The notes: a model not told the origin generated them from the letters alone. A DNA stretch of 64,000 nt from an uncultured Planctomycetia bacterium (GCA_964497315.1 CAZCCH010000004.1:18307-82306), one strand, 5' to 3'. Positions 11,345-20,192 are shown, numbered from the stretch's first letter. Numbers and translations: made by a program.

Positions 11345-12820
11345 TTAAAGGGGTAATGTTCCTTGGTTACTACTATATTTCTTTCGTATCGCAGGTAATA
11401 CTTCCTCACGGGTTCGCTTTAAATCATGGATTGTGTCATTATCATTCCAGAGAAGTCCAGTTATGCTTTCGATGCACAGCCTGTGCCCTTTGAACACCAG
11501 ATGTTCAAATGCTTCCATAAGGTACGCCCAGGCATTGCCTTCTCTTATTATTCTGTCTATCTCATTTATCAAAACCGCGGCCCCCCATCGGTTAAACTTG
11601 GCAATACCGATGAATTCACCGTAGGCCTTATCGGAAGATATGCATTTATGCTTCGGGAAGGGCAAAGAATAGTAGTCTTCCGGAAGGGTCATTATATTCC
11701 CTGCCGCGCAGATCTTTTCATCTTCCTCGTCACAGGCCTTTTCGTCTGCCCCCAGCACAATTTCATTAGGGTTTCTGATAATTTTTTTCAATATCTCGGG
11801 CTCAAAAATTATATCCCCATATATGACTATAAAACCCTTATGTAAAAATTCGCGTACGAGCCAAAACGTAATTAACATATTTGAACTCTCGTACCAGGGA
11901 TTATATACTATATTGATATCCGTCTTCTTTAGTTTCTCGTAAACAAAATTACGCACAAGGGCATCTCCCTTGCCAGTTGCGATGATAATATCCTCATCGT
12001 GAATATTGCATTTTTTAAACGCATCTAACTGTGTTTCTAAGATAGTTGTTCCTCCTGCATCCACTAAGCAGGTGTGGTGGGTTGCAGTCAAAGCACCCAT
12101 CCCCAAAGAAGGACCGGCAGAAAGAAGCACTATCTTGTATTTATCCTCCAGTTCTCTTATTATTTTTTTTACTATATCTACAGAGTGCTGGGAATACTCG
12201 CCGATGGCCGTTTCTTCGGAAAGCATGATAAAATCGGAACCGTCGGAAATAGCGTTGGCTATATCTACTACTTCTGACTTTGTAGGTTCTGATTTCTCTA
12301 CCATGGACAGAAGGAACTCCGTAGCTACAATTACCAGTTTCCCCTGTCTATTGCATTTACGTATAATCCTCTTCTGCGCATGCGGCAATTTCTCTATGCC
12401 TATTGCCGTAGCCAAATCTCCCCTGTCTATCATCACTACATCAGAGAAAAAAATAATGTTATCTAAATCTTCCAGCGCCTCGGCAGTTTCTATTTTGGCT
12501 ACAATCTTTATGTCAAGTCCTTTGAATTGATTCCTGAATTTTTCTACATCCTTATGGTGCTTAACATATGACAGGGCCACATAGTGTGGATTTATTTGTT
12601 TTGTTAGCCTAAGCAGATCTTCAAATGATAAGTTGTTAGTCCGAGTCTTTTTTCTTTCAGTAGGCAAGTCTAATAATAACTGATACCCCCATGCATCTTT
12701 TATTTTAGCTGCCAGGCTATGTATTTCTTCTTTCGTTCCAAAAGCACAGTTTATCCTGCCCACATCTATTCCCTGTAGTTTTTCTGTGTAAGGACTAACA
12801 GTTGAAATTATTTTGACCAT
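11345..12820 (-). CDS. Fusion protein: pyruvate-kinase-like TIM-barrel (PEP-binding) domain (N) plus LicC/MobA-like nucleotidyltransferase domain (C).
   Basis: The N-terminal ~240 aa align to the PK barrel (IVAKIETAEALEDLDNII..MIDRGDLATAIG; VIVATEFLLSM; PTKSEV.DIANAISDG.DFIMLSEETAIGEY, compared with PK MLSGETAKGKYP). They lack the PK B- and C-domains. The C-terminal ~240 aa carry an NTP-transferase glycine loop LLSAGPSLGMG and a LicC-like NPWYESSNMLITFWLV....IVIYGDIIF segment. Confidence 0.55.
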   Translation of the reverse strand: MVKIISTVSPYTEKLQGIDVGRINCAFGTKEEIHSLAAKIKDAWGYQLLLDLPTERKKTRTNNLSFEDLLRLTKQINPHYVALSYVKHHKDVEKFRNQFKGLDIKIVAKIETAEALEDLDNIIFFSDVVMIDRGDLATAIGIEKLPHAQKRIIRKCNRQGKLVIVATEFLLSMVEKSEPTKSEVVDIANAISDGSDFIMLSEETAIGEYSQHSVDIVKKIIRELEDKYKIVLLSAGPSLGMGALTATHHTCLVDAGGTTILETQLDAFKKCNIHDEDIIIATGKGDALVRNFVYEKLKKTDINIVYNPWYESSNMLITFWLVREFLHKGFIVIYGDIIFEPEILKKIIRNPNEIVLGADEKACDEEDEKICAAGNIMTLPEDYYSLPFPKHKCISSDKAYGEFIGIAKFNRWGAAVLINEIDRIIREGNAWAYLMEAFEHLVFKGHRLCIESITGLLWNDNDTIHDLKRTREEVLPAIRKKYSSNQGTLPL

Positions 12821-12825
12821 AACTT

Positions 12826-13983
12826 TCAGCCTTTCCCAGTGAGAATGTCAGTAATACACCGAGCTGCTATATCTGAAGACTGCCCGAAGGCATATATACT
12901 CTCATTCCTAAGCTGGGCAATGCGTTGTCTATTGGTGTCAGTATGTGCAATTAACCTGGAGATAACCTTAGGCACCATATCTAGTTTGTCCGGAACAACT
13001 ACCTCTCCTATTTCAGAACGGATAGAAACCTCTAACGGCTCAAGTCCCAATTCTTTATAATTGGGGTTTTTGGCCGCAACAGGTACATCAATAGAAATAA
13101 CCGGTTTCTCAGTACCAAAGGCATATTCAAGAGCAACACCTGAGTAGTCGCATATCAGACAGTCAGCACGAATCAGCGAATCATCAGTGGCTACGGATTT
13201 CTCCAAGATGAAATGCGGGTTTGATCCAAATTTAAAAACAAGCGAGGCTATTAACTCCGGAGAACGCTTTGTGGTTTCTGGATGCGGCCTCATAATTACT
13301 GCAAAACCTGCTTTTAAGAGTATGTCGGTCAGGCGCTCACCGCAGCTTTCGAGAAGATTACTATCTCCCCACGAAGGCGCAATAAGAACCATTGTCTTTT
13401 CCTCCGAAGATAAATCCTTTGCCGATAAGTATTTTTGATACGCAGCATAGATTCGTTCCAGCCGGTAATATCCACCTTCAAGGAGCTTTTTGGATTTTAG
13501 CCCAGCAAGTTCCTCACGCCTGCGAATTTCTTTCATGTGGTAGGGGCCAGGGCACAATATATAGTCATAATGATCATAAGACCCTTCGCGGAATTTCATA
13601 TGCGTGCTGGCGAGGGAGTGAAAAATATAAACATACTGGACCGGATTGTATGAGCGTTTAAGGTGAAACTGATTGAGGTCAGTCAGGGTAATAACAAAAA
13701 CCCTGCAATTTACAAAGAGCATAAAAACAGCAAGTAATTTGTCTAGGTAAAAGGCATTTATCTTCTCTGTCTGTTTTTCAAAAATCGGGTCGTTAAAATC
13801 TGAGGTAATATAACATAGGTTTCGACTGTATTTTTCCGTAAGCTCTGCAATTACACCCTCAAAGTAGGGGTAATAACCCTCGTGTTCTGAATAAAAAATT
13901 ATTTCCTTTTTCTTTATCGGTGTCCTGAAGAAAAACCTACAGAAATCTGCAATTTCTCGAAAAAAATTGGATGTGCGATACAA
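12826..13983 (-). CDS. TagB/TagF-family CDP-alcohol (CDP-glycerol-type) phosphotransferase.
   Basis: The product is 385 aa. Glyphos_transf-like motifs include VLIAPSWGDSN (compared with ILYAPTWR) and IMRPHP (compared with KPHP). The size and layout match teichoic acid primases and polymerases. Confidence 0.6.
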   Translation of the reverse strand: MYRTSNFFREIADFCRFFFRTPIKKKEIIFYSEHEGYYPYFEGVIAELTEKYSRNLCYITSDFNDPIFEKQTEKINAFYLDKLLAVFMLFVNCRVFVITLTDLNQFHLKRSYNPVQYVYIFHSLASTHMKFREGSYDHYDYILCPGPYHMKEIRRREELAGLKSKKLLEGGYYRLERIYAAYQKYLSAKDLSSEEKTMVLIAPSWGDSNLLESCGERLTDILLKAGFAVIMRPHPETTKRSPELIASLVFKFGSNPHFILEKSVATDDSLIRADCLICDYSGVALEYAFGTEKPVISIDVPVAAKNPNYKELGLEPLEVSIRSEIGEVVVPDKLDMVPKVISRLIAHTDTNRQRIAQLRNESIYAFGQSSDIAARCITDILTGKG

Positions 13984-14062
13984 TTCTCACAACTCCTTTT
14001 TTATGGTATTTTATCCTTCAACTTCTATTTCTAAAAAAGACAGCATGTCACAAGTGTGTTTT

Positions 14063-15247
14063 CTATTTAAAAATATTCCCTTTCTGCCTACTCTGTTTTT
14101 TTATCCACTGGCTAATTTCTGGCCTCATGAATTCTTCAGGCGGAGTCATTCCTTCGCCAAACATCTTGCGTATCTTTGTCCCACTTATCTGGATTCTGCA
14201 GGCCTGGGGGTGAGAACAAGTTTTCTCTGTAGCTACTGCTCTACACTTTTTGCAATAAAATGGGCCGTTGAACCGCAACGGAGCAATGCCCAAGTCAGTG
14301 AAATTATCAAAAATTTTATGGGCCGCGTAGGTATCGTAGTAACCTTTTACTCCGGCATGATCCCTTCCTATAACTATGTGCGTGCAGCCGTAATTTTTCC
14401 TTACGATCGCATGAAACAGTGCTTCCCTTGGACCCGCAAACGCCATCTTCATATTAAGCGGCGCCAAAAGCACCCTTGCCTTGGGGTAATAATGTCGGAT
14501 AAGAAGCCTATAACTTTCAAGAACAAGAGTGGGAGAAAAATCGCCTTCTTTTGTCTGGCCAACTATGGGGTTTATGAATAAACCGTCCACAAATTCAAGC
14601 GCGCACCTCTGTAGGTATTCGTGTGCCCTGTGAACGGCATTTCTCGTATGAAACGCACAGATTGTCTTCCAGCCAAGCTTTTTAAAAATCTTTCTCGTCT
14701 GATGCGGGTCCATTATCATGTCCCTGAAGGGCAGCTTCGGCTTGTTTAGCAATATAATCTCACCGCCTAAAAGCACATCGCCCATTGCATCTACGGCTGC
14801 AACGCCGGGATGATCCGGATTTGCTGTACCATAGACAGCTTCACACCTCTGGGCTTTTTCATGTACGAATTTTTCTTCTACAAAAATCACCGCCACGGCT
14901 TCGTTTTGCGTGCTTGTAATAAGTAATTGTTGCCCGGACTTTATTCCGGAGGCATCTTTTTCGCTGACCGAGAACGTTACGGGTATGCTCCAAGGGGTTC
15001 CGTCTGAAAGTCTGCTTCTTTTAAGTACCGAAACATAATTCCGCTTTTTCATAAATCCGGTAAGCGGGCTAAAACCACCAACAGCAATCTGCTCTATATC
15101 AGTAAGTACATTGGTATCAACAGCAATTTTTTGCAGCTTTGCAACGTGTGCTAAAATTCTCTTTCGCTTTTTGCCTGCGGCAACTCTGTTTACTAATATG
15201 TTCTTCATGTCACATAAAAGGCCTCCCGTCCATATCCTTGAATTCAT
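14063..15247 (-). CDS. sat: Sulfate adenylyltransferase (ATP sulfurylase).
   Basis: The product is 394 aa. It has GFSPLTGFM, AFHTRNAVHRAHE (a QTRN-HRAH-type motif with Q replaced by H) and IGRDHAGV motifs. There is no fused APS-kinase domain. The start codon is uncertain; an internal Met (MKNILVNR) is an alternative. Confidence 0.8.
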   Translation of the reverse strand: MNSRIWTGGLLCDMKNILVNRVAAGKKRKRILAHVAKLQKIAVDTNVLTDIEQIAVGGFSPLTGFMKKRNYVSVLKRSRLSDGTPWSIPVTFSVSEKDASGIKSGQQLLITSTQNEAVAVIFVEEKFVHEKAQRCEAVYGTANPDHPGVAAVDAMGDVLLGGEIILLNKPKLPFRDMIMDPHQTRKIFKKLGWKTICAFHTRNAVHRAHEYLQRCALEFVDGLFINPIVGQTKEGDFSPTLVLESYRLLIRHYYPKARVLLAPLNMKMAFAGPREALFHAIVRKNYGCTHIVIGRDHAGVKGYYDTYAAHKIFDNFTDLGIAPLRFNGPFYCKKCRAVATEKTCSHPQACRIQISGTKIRKMFGEGMTPPEEFMRPEISQWIKKQSRQKGNIFK

Positions 15248-17285
15248 CCTCGGGAATACCTAGGATTTTCAATATCGTGGGTACCACATCAACTATTGCC
15301 GGATTTGCAGCTTCTATCTTTCTGTTGGTAAAAAGAACCCCGGGCAAAAGGGACGGATCAGAGAGATGGTCGCCGCTCCAGGCCTTTTTGTTATCTTCAA
15401 TTATTTCCTCAGGCACGCTGCCTAAAGCGGTCTGCCAGGAAGAGCGGTAACCGATGTTATATCCAACAAGCAAGTCCGGCGCCTCATTTATATAAGGCCC
15501 CCAGAAAATCTCGTCTCTGTTATAGACTTTGTTTATTACATTGCTGGCGAATTTTTCATCATAAAGGGAGGTCAGCCTATCTGCGATCTCTTTTTTTATT
15601 TTTTGCGTCTCGGCCCCGGGCCGTACGCACCCCTTTGCCTCCCGGCCGATCTGATTAACAAAAATTTCACCAAAACCTACGCTGTAGGCTGTGGTACGAG
15701 ACCAGTCTACATCCTTAAAAAATTCGCCTCCTTTAACCGCGGCTGGATCTTCCAGGAAAAGAAACCCATTTTCCCTAAGCCATGTGTTCAAATGAACCGA
15801 TCTCCGAAACGTCTTAAATCCATGGTCAGACAAAACTATCAAAAGCGTATCCTCATCCGTCTTCGCAAACACCCTGCCTAGAATATTATCCATCCTCTCA
15901 TACATCTTATCAATCACACCCGAGTAAACAACAGCTAATTCTTCGTCATATGCCGGATGCTGAGGGTCTATAAAACGCCAGAATGCATGCTGAATGAAAC
16001 TGGGCGAGTCAAGATAATAGAAAAAAACGCCTTTTTTGAAACGCTCAAGTTCGATATCAAGCATTTGTTGTTTTTCCTCAATAATCATATCGGCCTGTTC
16101 TAAAAACGCAACTTCATCAAGTTTATTTTCATTTAGCGCCCATGTATCATGAGGCATGCCCAAGGTATGATAGAGGCCCAGCCTATCTGCGAGCTCTTTT
16201 GAATAACCAGCAGGGTATGATATCGCAAAAGGTGGATCCCGGGGGTCAAAATTGATGGGGGAGATATAAAGTTCGAATTCCGGTGTTATGCTCTTGAGGT
16301 AAAATTTACATATCCCCTTGACCCTCTTGAAAAAATTAATTTTAAAAGTAAAGGCCTGCCATTGACTCCACTGTTTAGGCCTAAGCATGAACTGGTTTCC
16401 TCCAACATCAACAGTTGCAGTTTGGGCCTGTTCATCTATAGCCACCTTCATGGGTATTATTATATCATTTGCTTTTCTTAAAGATGTGTCCACGGGGCCG
16501 GATAAATAGGTATTTATATTAGCTCCTCTTTTGGTAACTTTAATGAGTCGACCTCCAATATCCTTGCCTTTTTCAATGTCTGCTGTGGTATAAAAAGAGG
16601 ATGTACCCATAGTCCCCCGTATATCCGGCACGCCCATACCTGAAAGCAAGCGGCCGTAAACCTTATCAGGTGGAAATGCATTGGGGCAACACAGAAGGAC
16701 TGTGGGAATTTTATATTTACGCGTAATATTCCAGAAAGGCGTACCGCCAGCTACCCTCTTAAGCTTCTTTGTATCTTTATCAACCCGGCTGAAAGCCAAA
16801 TATGGCATGTATGTATTTGGGTCACGTTTTAGGAAACCATAGGCACCGTGTTTACCTGCATTGGATCCGGTAGCAAAGTTGGTCCAGGCCACTAGCGATT
16901 CCGCAGGATAAGAAGTAGCTAAACGCGCATAAGTACCTTGCTCTTTCAGTTTTTTGAAATTGGGAAGCTTGCCTTCTCCCATCAACCGTTCCATAATCTC
17001 AGGCTCCAGACCATCCAACCCAATTATGACTATTTTTTCTTTGCAGCCCGCCACTTCTTTTGTGATATTTATATAAAACACAACGCCGGCAATAACAGCC
17101 GTTAGAATTAACAGCCATAACAGCTTCTTTCCCTTGAGGAAAAATCTTAAAATGCGTCTCGCCCAGAAAAGCAGCCCGCCAAGGAAACCTATTATGACTC
17201 CCAGGATAATCGAACCCATGGTAAAAAACGGCAGTCCCACTCCTGGATCTATGTATCCAAAGTTTATTAGTCTAAATATCTCCAT
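15210..17285 (-). CDS. Membrane-anchored alkaline-phosphatase-superfamily enzyme, type I phosphodiesterase / nucleotide pyrophosphatase (NPP)-like.
   Basis: The product is 691 aa. Two N-terminal hydrophobic helices are followed by the PF01663-type IVIIGLDGLEPEIMERL opening and metal-site-like residues. The gene overlaps sat by a few codons. Confidence 0.6.
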   Translation of the reverse strand: MEIFRLINFGYIDPGVGLPFFTMGSIILGVIIGFLGGLLFWARRILRFFLKGKKLLWLLILTAVIAGVVFYINITKEVAGCKEKIVIIGLDGLEPEIMERLMGEGKLPNFKKLKEQGTYARLATSYPAESLVAWTNFATGSNAGKHGAYGFLKRDPNTYMPYLAFSRVDKDTKKLKRVAGGTPFWNITRKYKIPTVLLCCPNAFPPDKVYGRLLSGMGVPDIRGTMGTSSFYTTADIEKGKDIGGRLIKVTKRGANINTYLSGPVDTSLRKANDIIIPMKVAIDEQAQTATVDVGGNQFMLRPKQWSQWQAFTFKINFFKRVKGICKFYLKSITPEFELYISPINFDPRDPPFAISYPAGYSKELADRLGLYHTLGMPHDTWALNENKLDEVAFLEQADMIIEEKQQMLDIELERFKKGVFFYYLDSPSFIQHAFWRFIDPQHPAYDEELAVVYSGVIDKMYERMDNILGRVFAKTDEDTLLIVLSDHGFKTFRRSVHLNTWLRENGFLFLEDPAAVKGGEFFKDVDWSRTTAYSVGFGEIFVNQIGREAKGCVRPGAETQKIKKEIADRLTSLYDEKFASNVINKVYNRDEIFWGPYINEAPDLLVGYNIGYRSSWQTALGSVPEEIIEDNKKAWSGDHLSDPSLLPGVLFTNRKIEAANPAIVDVVPTILKILGIPEDEFKDMDGRPFM

Positions 17286-17300
17286 ATCGTCAATCCTGTT

Positions 17301-19199
17301 TTATTGTAAATATCCAAGTCCTTGTAATTGCCGTTTTGTTGTTTCGTCAATCTTCACCGACTCCGTAGAACCCTCCTTGGACTTAGAACCCATTTTTTCT
17401 GAAAGTATCATATTTTCAAAAATATAATTAACTATCAGCCCGTGACACATCTCGGTGGCCTTCGGCTCTTTGCCGATAAGATTATTCTGTTCTTGAGAAT
17501 CTATATCTATATTGTACAACTCTCGTTTTTTACTCCATAGGTTATATATGTATTTCCATGGCGGGATCCTCACGGAAACCAGATGGCTGTCAGGAAGCAT
17601 GAATGTAGGTCCTAATTCACTGAAGGCTGGCCTTGGGCTTGCCTTTTGCGGTTCCTGCGACAAAATCCCCTGCATATCCATGCCCTGCATGATATCTTCC
17701 GGCTCCAGATCCAGGACAGACAATATAGTAGGCATAATGTCTATACCCTGCACCTGTTCTTGAAGCTTTAGGCCGGAAGGAAAAACTCCAGGCAATCTCA
17801 TTACAAGAGGTATCTTTATATCATCTTCATATAAGAATTCCCCGGGTTTTATCTCATCTAACTCATCCAGACTCCTACCATTATCCGCACTAACAATAAT
17901 AAGGGTCTTATCCTCTATTCCCAGCTTACGCAACTTTTCCATCAATAGACCTATATGATAATCTGTATACCAAACCTGAACCTCATACATAGAAACTTCC
18001 GTTTTGCTGGGATGTGCAGAACCTACTTCATCGGCATATACAAAATCGGTATTTGATAAATCGTGCCTTATATGTGGTCCGTGAACATCCATATAATGAA
18101 GATATAGGAAGAAATTTTTGTCTTTGAATTTATCTATCCAATTAATGGCTTCGGCGGTAAGTAAATCCGCCGTTGGATAACAGCTGGGAGGAGTTTTTAA
18201 TAGGTCTGAATGCGTCCCCAGCTTATAATACAAGTCGTACCATCTAGATGCATCTCTCTCTATAAGGTTTACATAAAAATCAAAGCCCTGGTCAAGATTG
18301 AACTGCTTCGAAACCCATGGATCGGTCATAAAAGCGCAGGTTGCATATCCATTTGCCTGCAATACTTCAGCAATAGTAGTCATCGACTCAGGAAGACCTT
18401 TATTTTCATCGACTACACCGTGAACTGAGGGATAGGTGGAGGTAAAAAGAGATGGAACTAAGGCGTGCGTCCAGTTGGTCTGGGTTATGGCATTTAAAAA
18501 AACCGTTCCTTCCCCTGCAAGAACATCTACGTTAGGACTTAAGCGCTTTAATTGTCCGTAAGCTCCTAATTTAGCTGGAAGTAATGAATCTACAATTATC
18601 AGAATTACGTTTAAGTCTTCACCTCGCGCAAATTCCGAAAAGGCCTTTTTAAAAGAAAATCCGCGCTGTACATATCCTGACGCCAACCACTCCCCAGATA
18701 GAAACAGCACTAGGATAATGCTTATGGTTATAATTCTAATGGGGCGGTTGCTTTTTGAAATAATTTTCAATAGCATAAAAAATATAAGAAAAAACAACAC
18801 CGCATATACAACCAGAAGAAAATCCGCAACCCAATGAAAAAGATAGTGTCTGTATCCGAAAAATATATTACTAAGCCACCAGTCAACCGCATACGCGGCT
18901 GCAAAGGAGAAAAACAAGGTAAGGTATATGGATATGAGCCGACCCGTAGAAACTTTTTTCTTGTAAATTAGTCTGGCCGCAACAAATATTAACCCAAATA
19001 CAATCCCGCTAAGGCCGCAAAATATGCCGTAAATCGCCAGGTTGGCTAAAAAGGGGTGTGTGCCTTCTGTAAAATAGAGGTATGGCGAAGCAAATAGCAC
19101 CTTAACCACGCTAATAAAAAACGCGAATGCAACCCCCGTCAAAAGGCCCACGCCTACAGCTTTAATAAAGTAATCTATTTTACTGCGGTATGCCACCAT
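17301..19199 (-). CDS. LtaS/EptA/MdoB-like membrane phospho-transferase (sulfatase fold, Thr nucleophile).
   Basis: The product is 632 aa. About five N-terminal TM helices precede an extracytoplasmic sulfatase-fold domain starting ILIIVDSLLP. The sulfatase signature position reads THALVPS...YPSVHG, with T in place of the formylglycine Cys/Ser. LtaS and phosphoethanolamine transferases have the same substitution. Confidence 0.6.
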   Translation of the reverse strand: MVAYRSKIDYFIKAVGVGLLTGVAFAFFISVVKVLFASPYLYFTEGTHPFLANLAIYGIFCGLSGIVFGLIFVAARLIYKKKVSTGRLISIYLTLFFSFAAAYAVDWWLSNIFFGYRHYLFHWVADFLLVVYAVLFFLIFFMLLKIISKSNRPIRIITISIILVLFLSGEWLASGYVQRGFSFKKAFSEFARGEDLNVILIIVDSLLPAKLGAYGQLKRLSPNVDVLAGEGTVFLNAITQTNWTHALVPSLFTSTYPSVHGVVDENKGLPESMTTIAEVLQANGYATCAFMTDPWVSKQFNLDQGFDFYVNLIERDASRWYDLYYKLGTHSDLLKTPPSCYPTADLLTAEAINWIDKFKDKNFFLYLHYMDVHGPHIRHDLSNTDFVYADEVGSAHPSKTEVSMYEVQVWYTDYHIGLLMEKLRKLGIEDKTLIIVSADNGRSLDELDEIKPGEFLYEDDIKIPLVMRLPGVFPSGLKLQEQVQGIDIMPTILSVLDLEPEDIMQGMDMQGILSQEPQKASPRPAFSELGPTFMLPDSHLVSVRIPPWKYIYNLWSKKRELYNIDIDSQEQNNLIGKEPKATEMCHGLIVNYIFENMILSEKMGSKSKEGSTESVKIDETTKRQLQGLGYLQ

Positions 19200-19214
19200 T
19201 ACACCTCCGTTTTT

Positions 19215-20192
19215 TTATCTTTTATACAAATAAAAGCATGCCGAATCGCCTTCTGCCTTTTTGTTGAGCTCAACGGCTGCACTGTCGAAATCCTTTATTT
19301 GTCTTTCTGAAAAAATAGACGCCTGAGGACTTACATAATAAGACTTGCTGTCCCTGAGGGGTATATCCCTACGGTATTGCTCACTACCCCAAAATTGAAA
19401 TGCAGTTGAGTCAAACGTAATATTCCTAAGTTCTAAACCTGTTTGTTCTGCTAAGATTTGAATACTTTTGGGTGTATGTAAAAAAAGATGACGCGGTACA
19501 TCAAGTTGAACCCAATCAACACCATATTTCCTCCATGCAAAACACCCAGATACGGGTGTCTTAATCAAAATACACCCCTTGGTCTCCAATCGGAGATATA
19601 ATTCCTTAAATACAGCTAAAGGTTCCTGCATGTGCTCAAAAGAATCGTGTAGCATAATAAAATCAAACTGTCCTTCTAGTTCGAATATAGACTTTTTAAA
19701 AATCCTTACACTGTTCTCATAGTGGATATCATCTCTGATAAAAGGATCTATCCCAGTAAGATTTGAAAATCCATATTTTGCTAGTTCGAGAAGGAGGCCT
19801 CCCCCGCCGCAACCTATATCCAGGATTTTTGACTCAAATTTTACTTTTGACATCCTTAGCCAATCAAAATAATGAGGTTTTTTCCTTCCAATAGAAAGCA
19901 ATATACCTATAAGGTTTTTCTCATAAAGCCAATACCTTGCCCTTTGGTGTCTGCGAAATCTTTTAAAAAAATTAGGCCTAGAATAATTTAACCCTTGAAA
20001 CGAATAGTAATCTTTGGGATAGTATTTCGTTGGGTTAGTTAGAGCTTCTTTTATCTGCAAGCATCCACATTTTGCACATTCAAAATATTCAAATTTATCT
20101 CTATAGCCAAACATCATTTCTTGTACGATGTAGGATTTATTATTGCTTACATTATTACATATTTTACAAATAGATATATCGCTTTGACTCAT
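19215..20192 (-). CDS. SAM-dependent methyltransferase with N-terminal zinc-ribbon (Methyltransf_13-like Zn domain plus class I MTase).
   Basis: The product is 325 aa. A CKICNN..(27 aa)..CAKCGC four-Cys ribbon is followed by the ILDIGCGGGGLLLELAK motif I. This layout is typical of NDP-sugar C- and O-methyltransferases. Confidence 0.6.
   Translation of the reverse strand: MSQSDISICKICNNVSNNKSYIVQEMMFGYRDKFEYFECAKCGCLQIKEALTNPTKYYPKDYYSFQGLNYSRPNFFKRFRRHQRARYWLYEKNLIGILLSIGRKKPHYFDWLRMSKVKFESKILDIGCGGGGLLLELAKYGFSNLTGIDPFIRDDIHYENSVRIFKKSIFELEGQFDFIMLHDSFEHMQEPLAVFKELYLRLETKGCILIKTPVSGCFAWRKYGVDWVQLDVPRHLFLHTPKSIQILAEQTGLELRNITFDSTAFQFWGSEQYRRDIPLRDSKSYYVSPQASIFSERQIKDFDSAAVELNKKAEGDSACFYLYKR

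Noticed and set aside
17301-19199. Calling the 632-aa sulfatase-fold protein a true sulfatase because of the adjacent ATP sulfurylase.
   Set aside because: The formylglycine position carries Thr (THALVPS), not Cys or Ser followed by x-P-x-R. The protein also has a five-TM N-terminal anchor, like LtaS and EptA. A phospho-transferase of the LtaS/EptA/MdoB type is therefore more defensible than a sulfate ester hydrolase.
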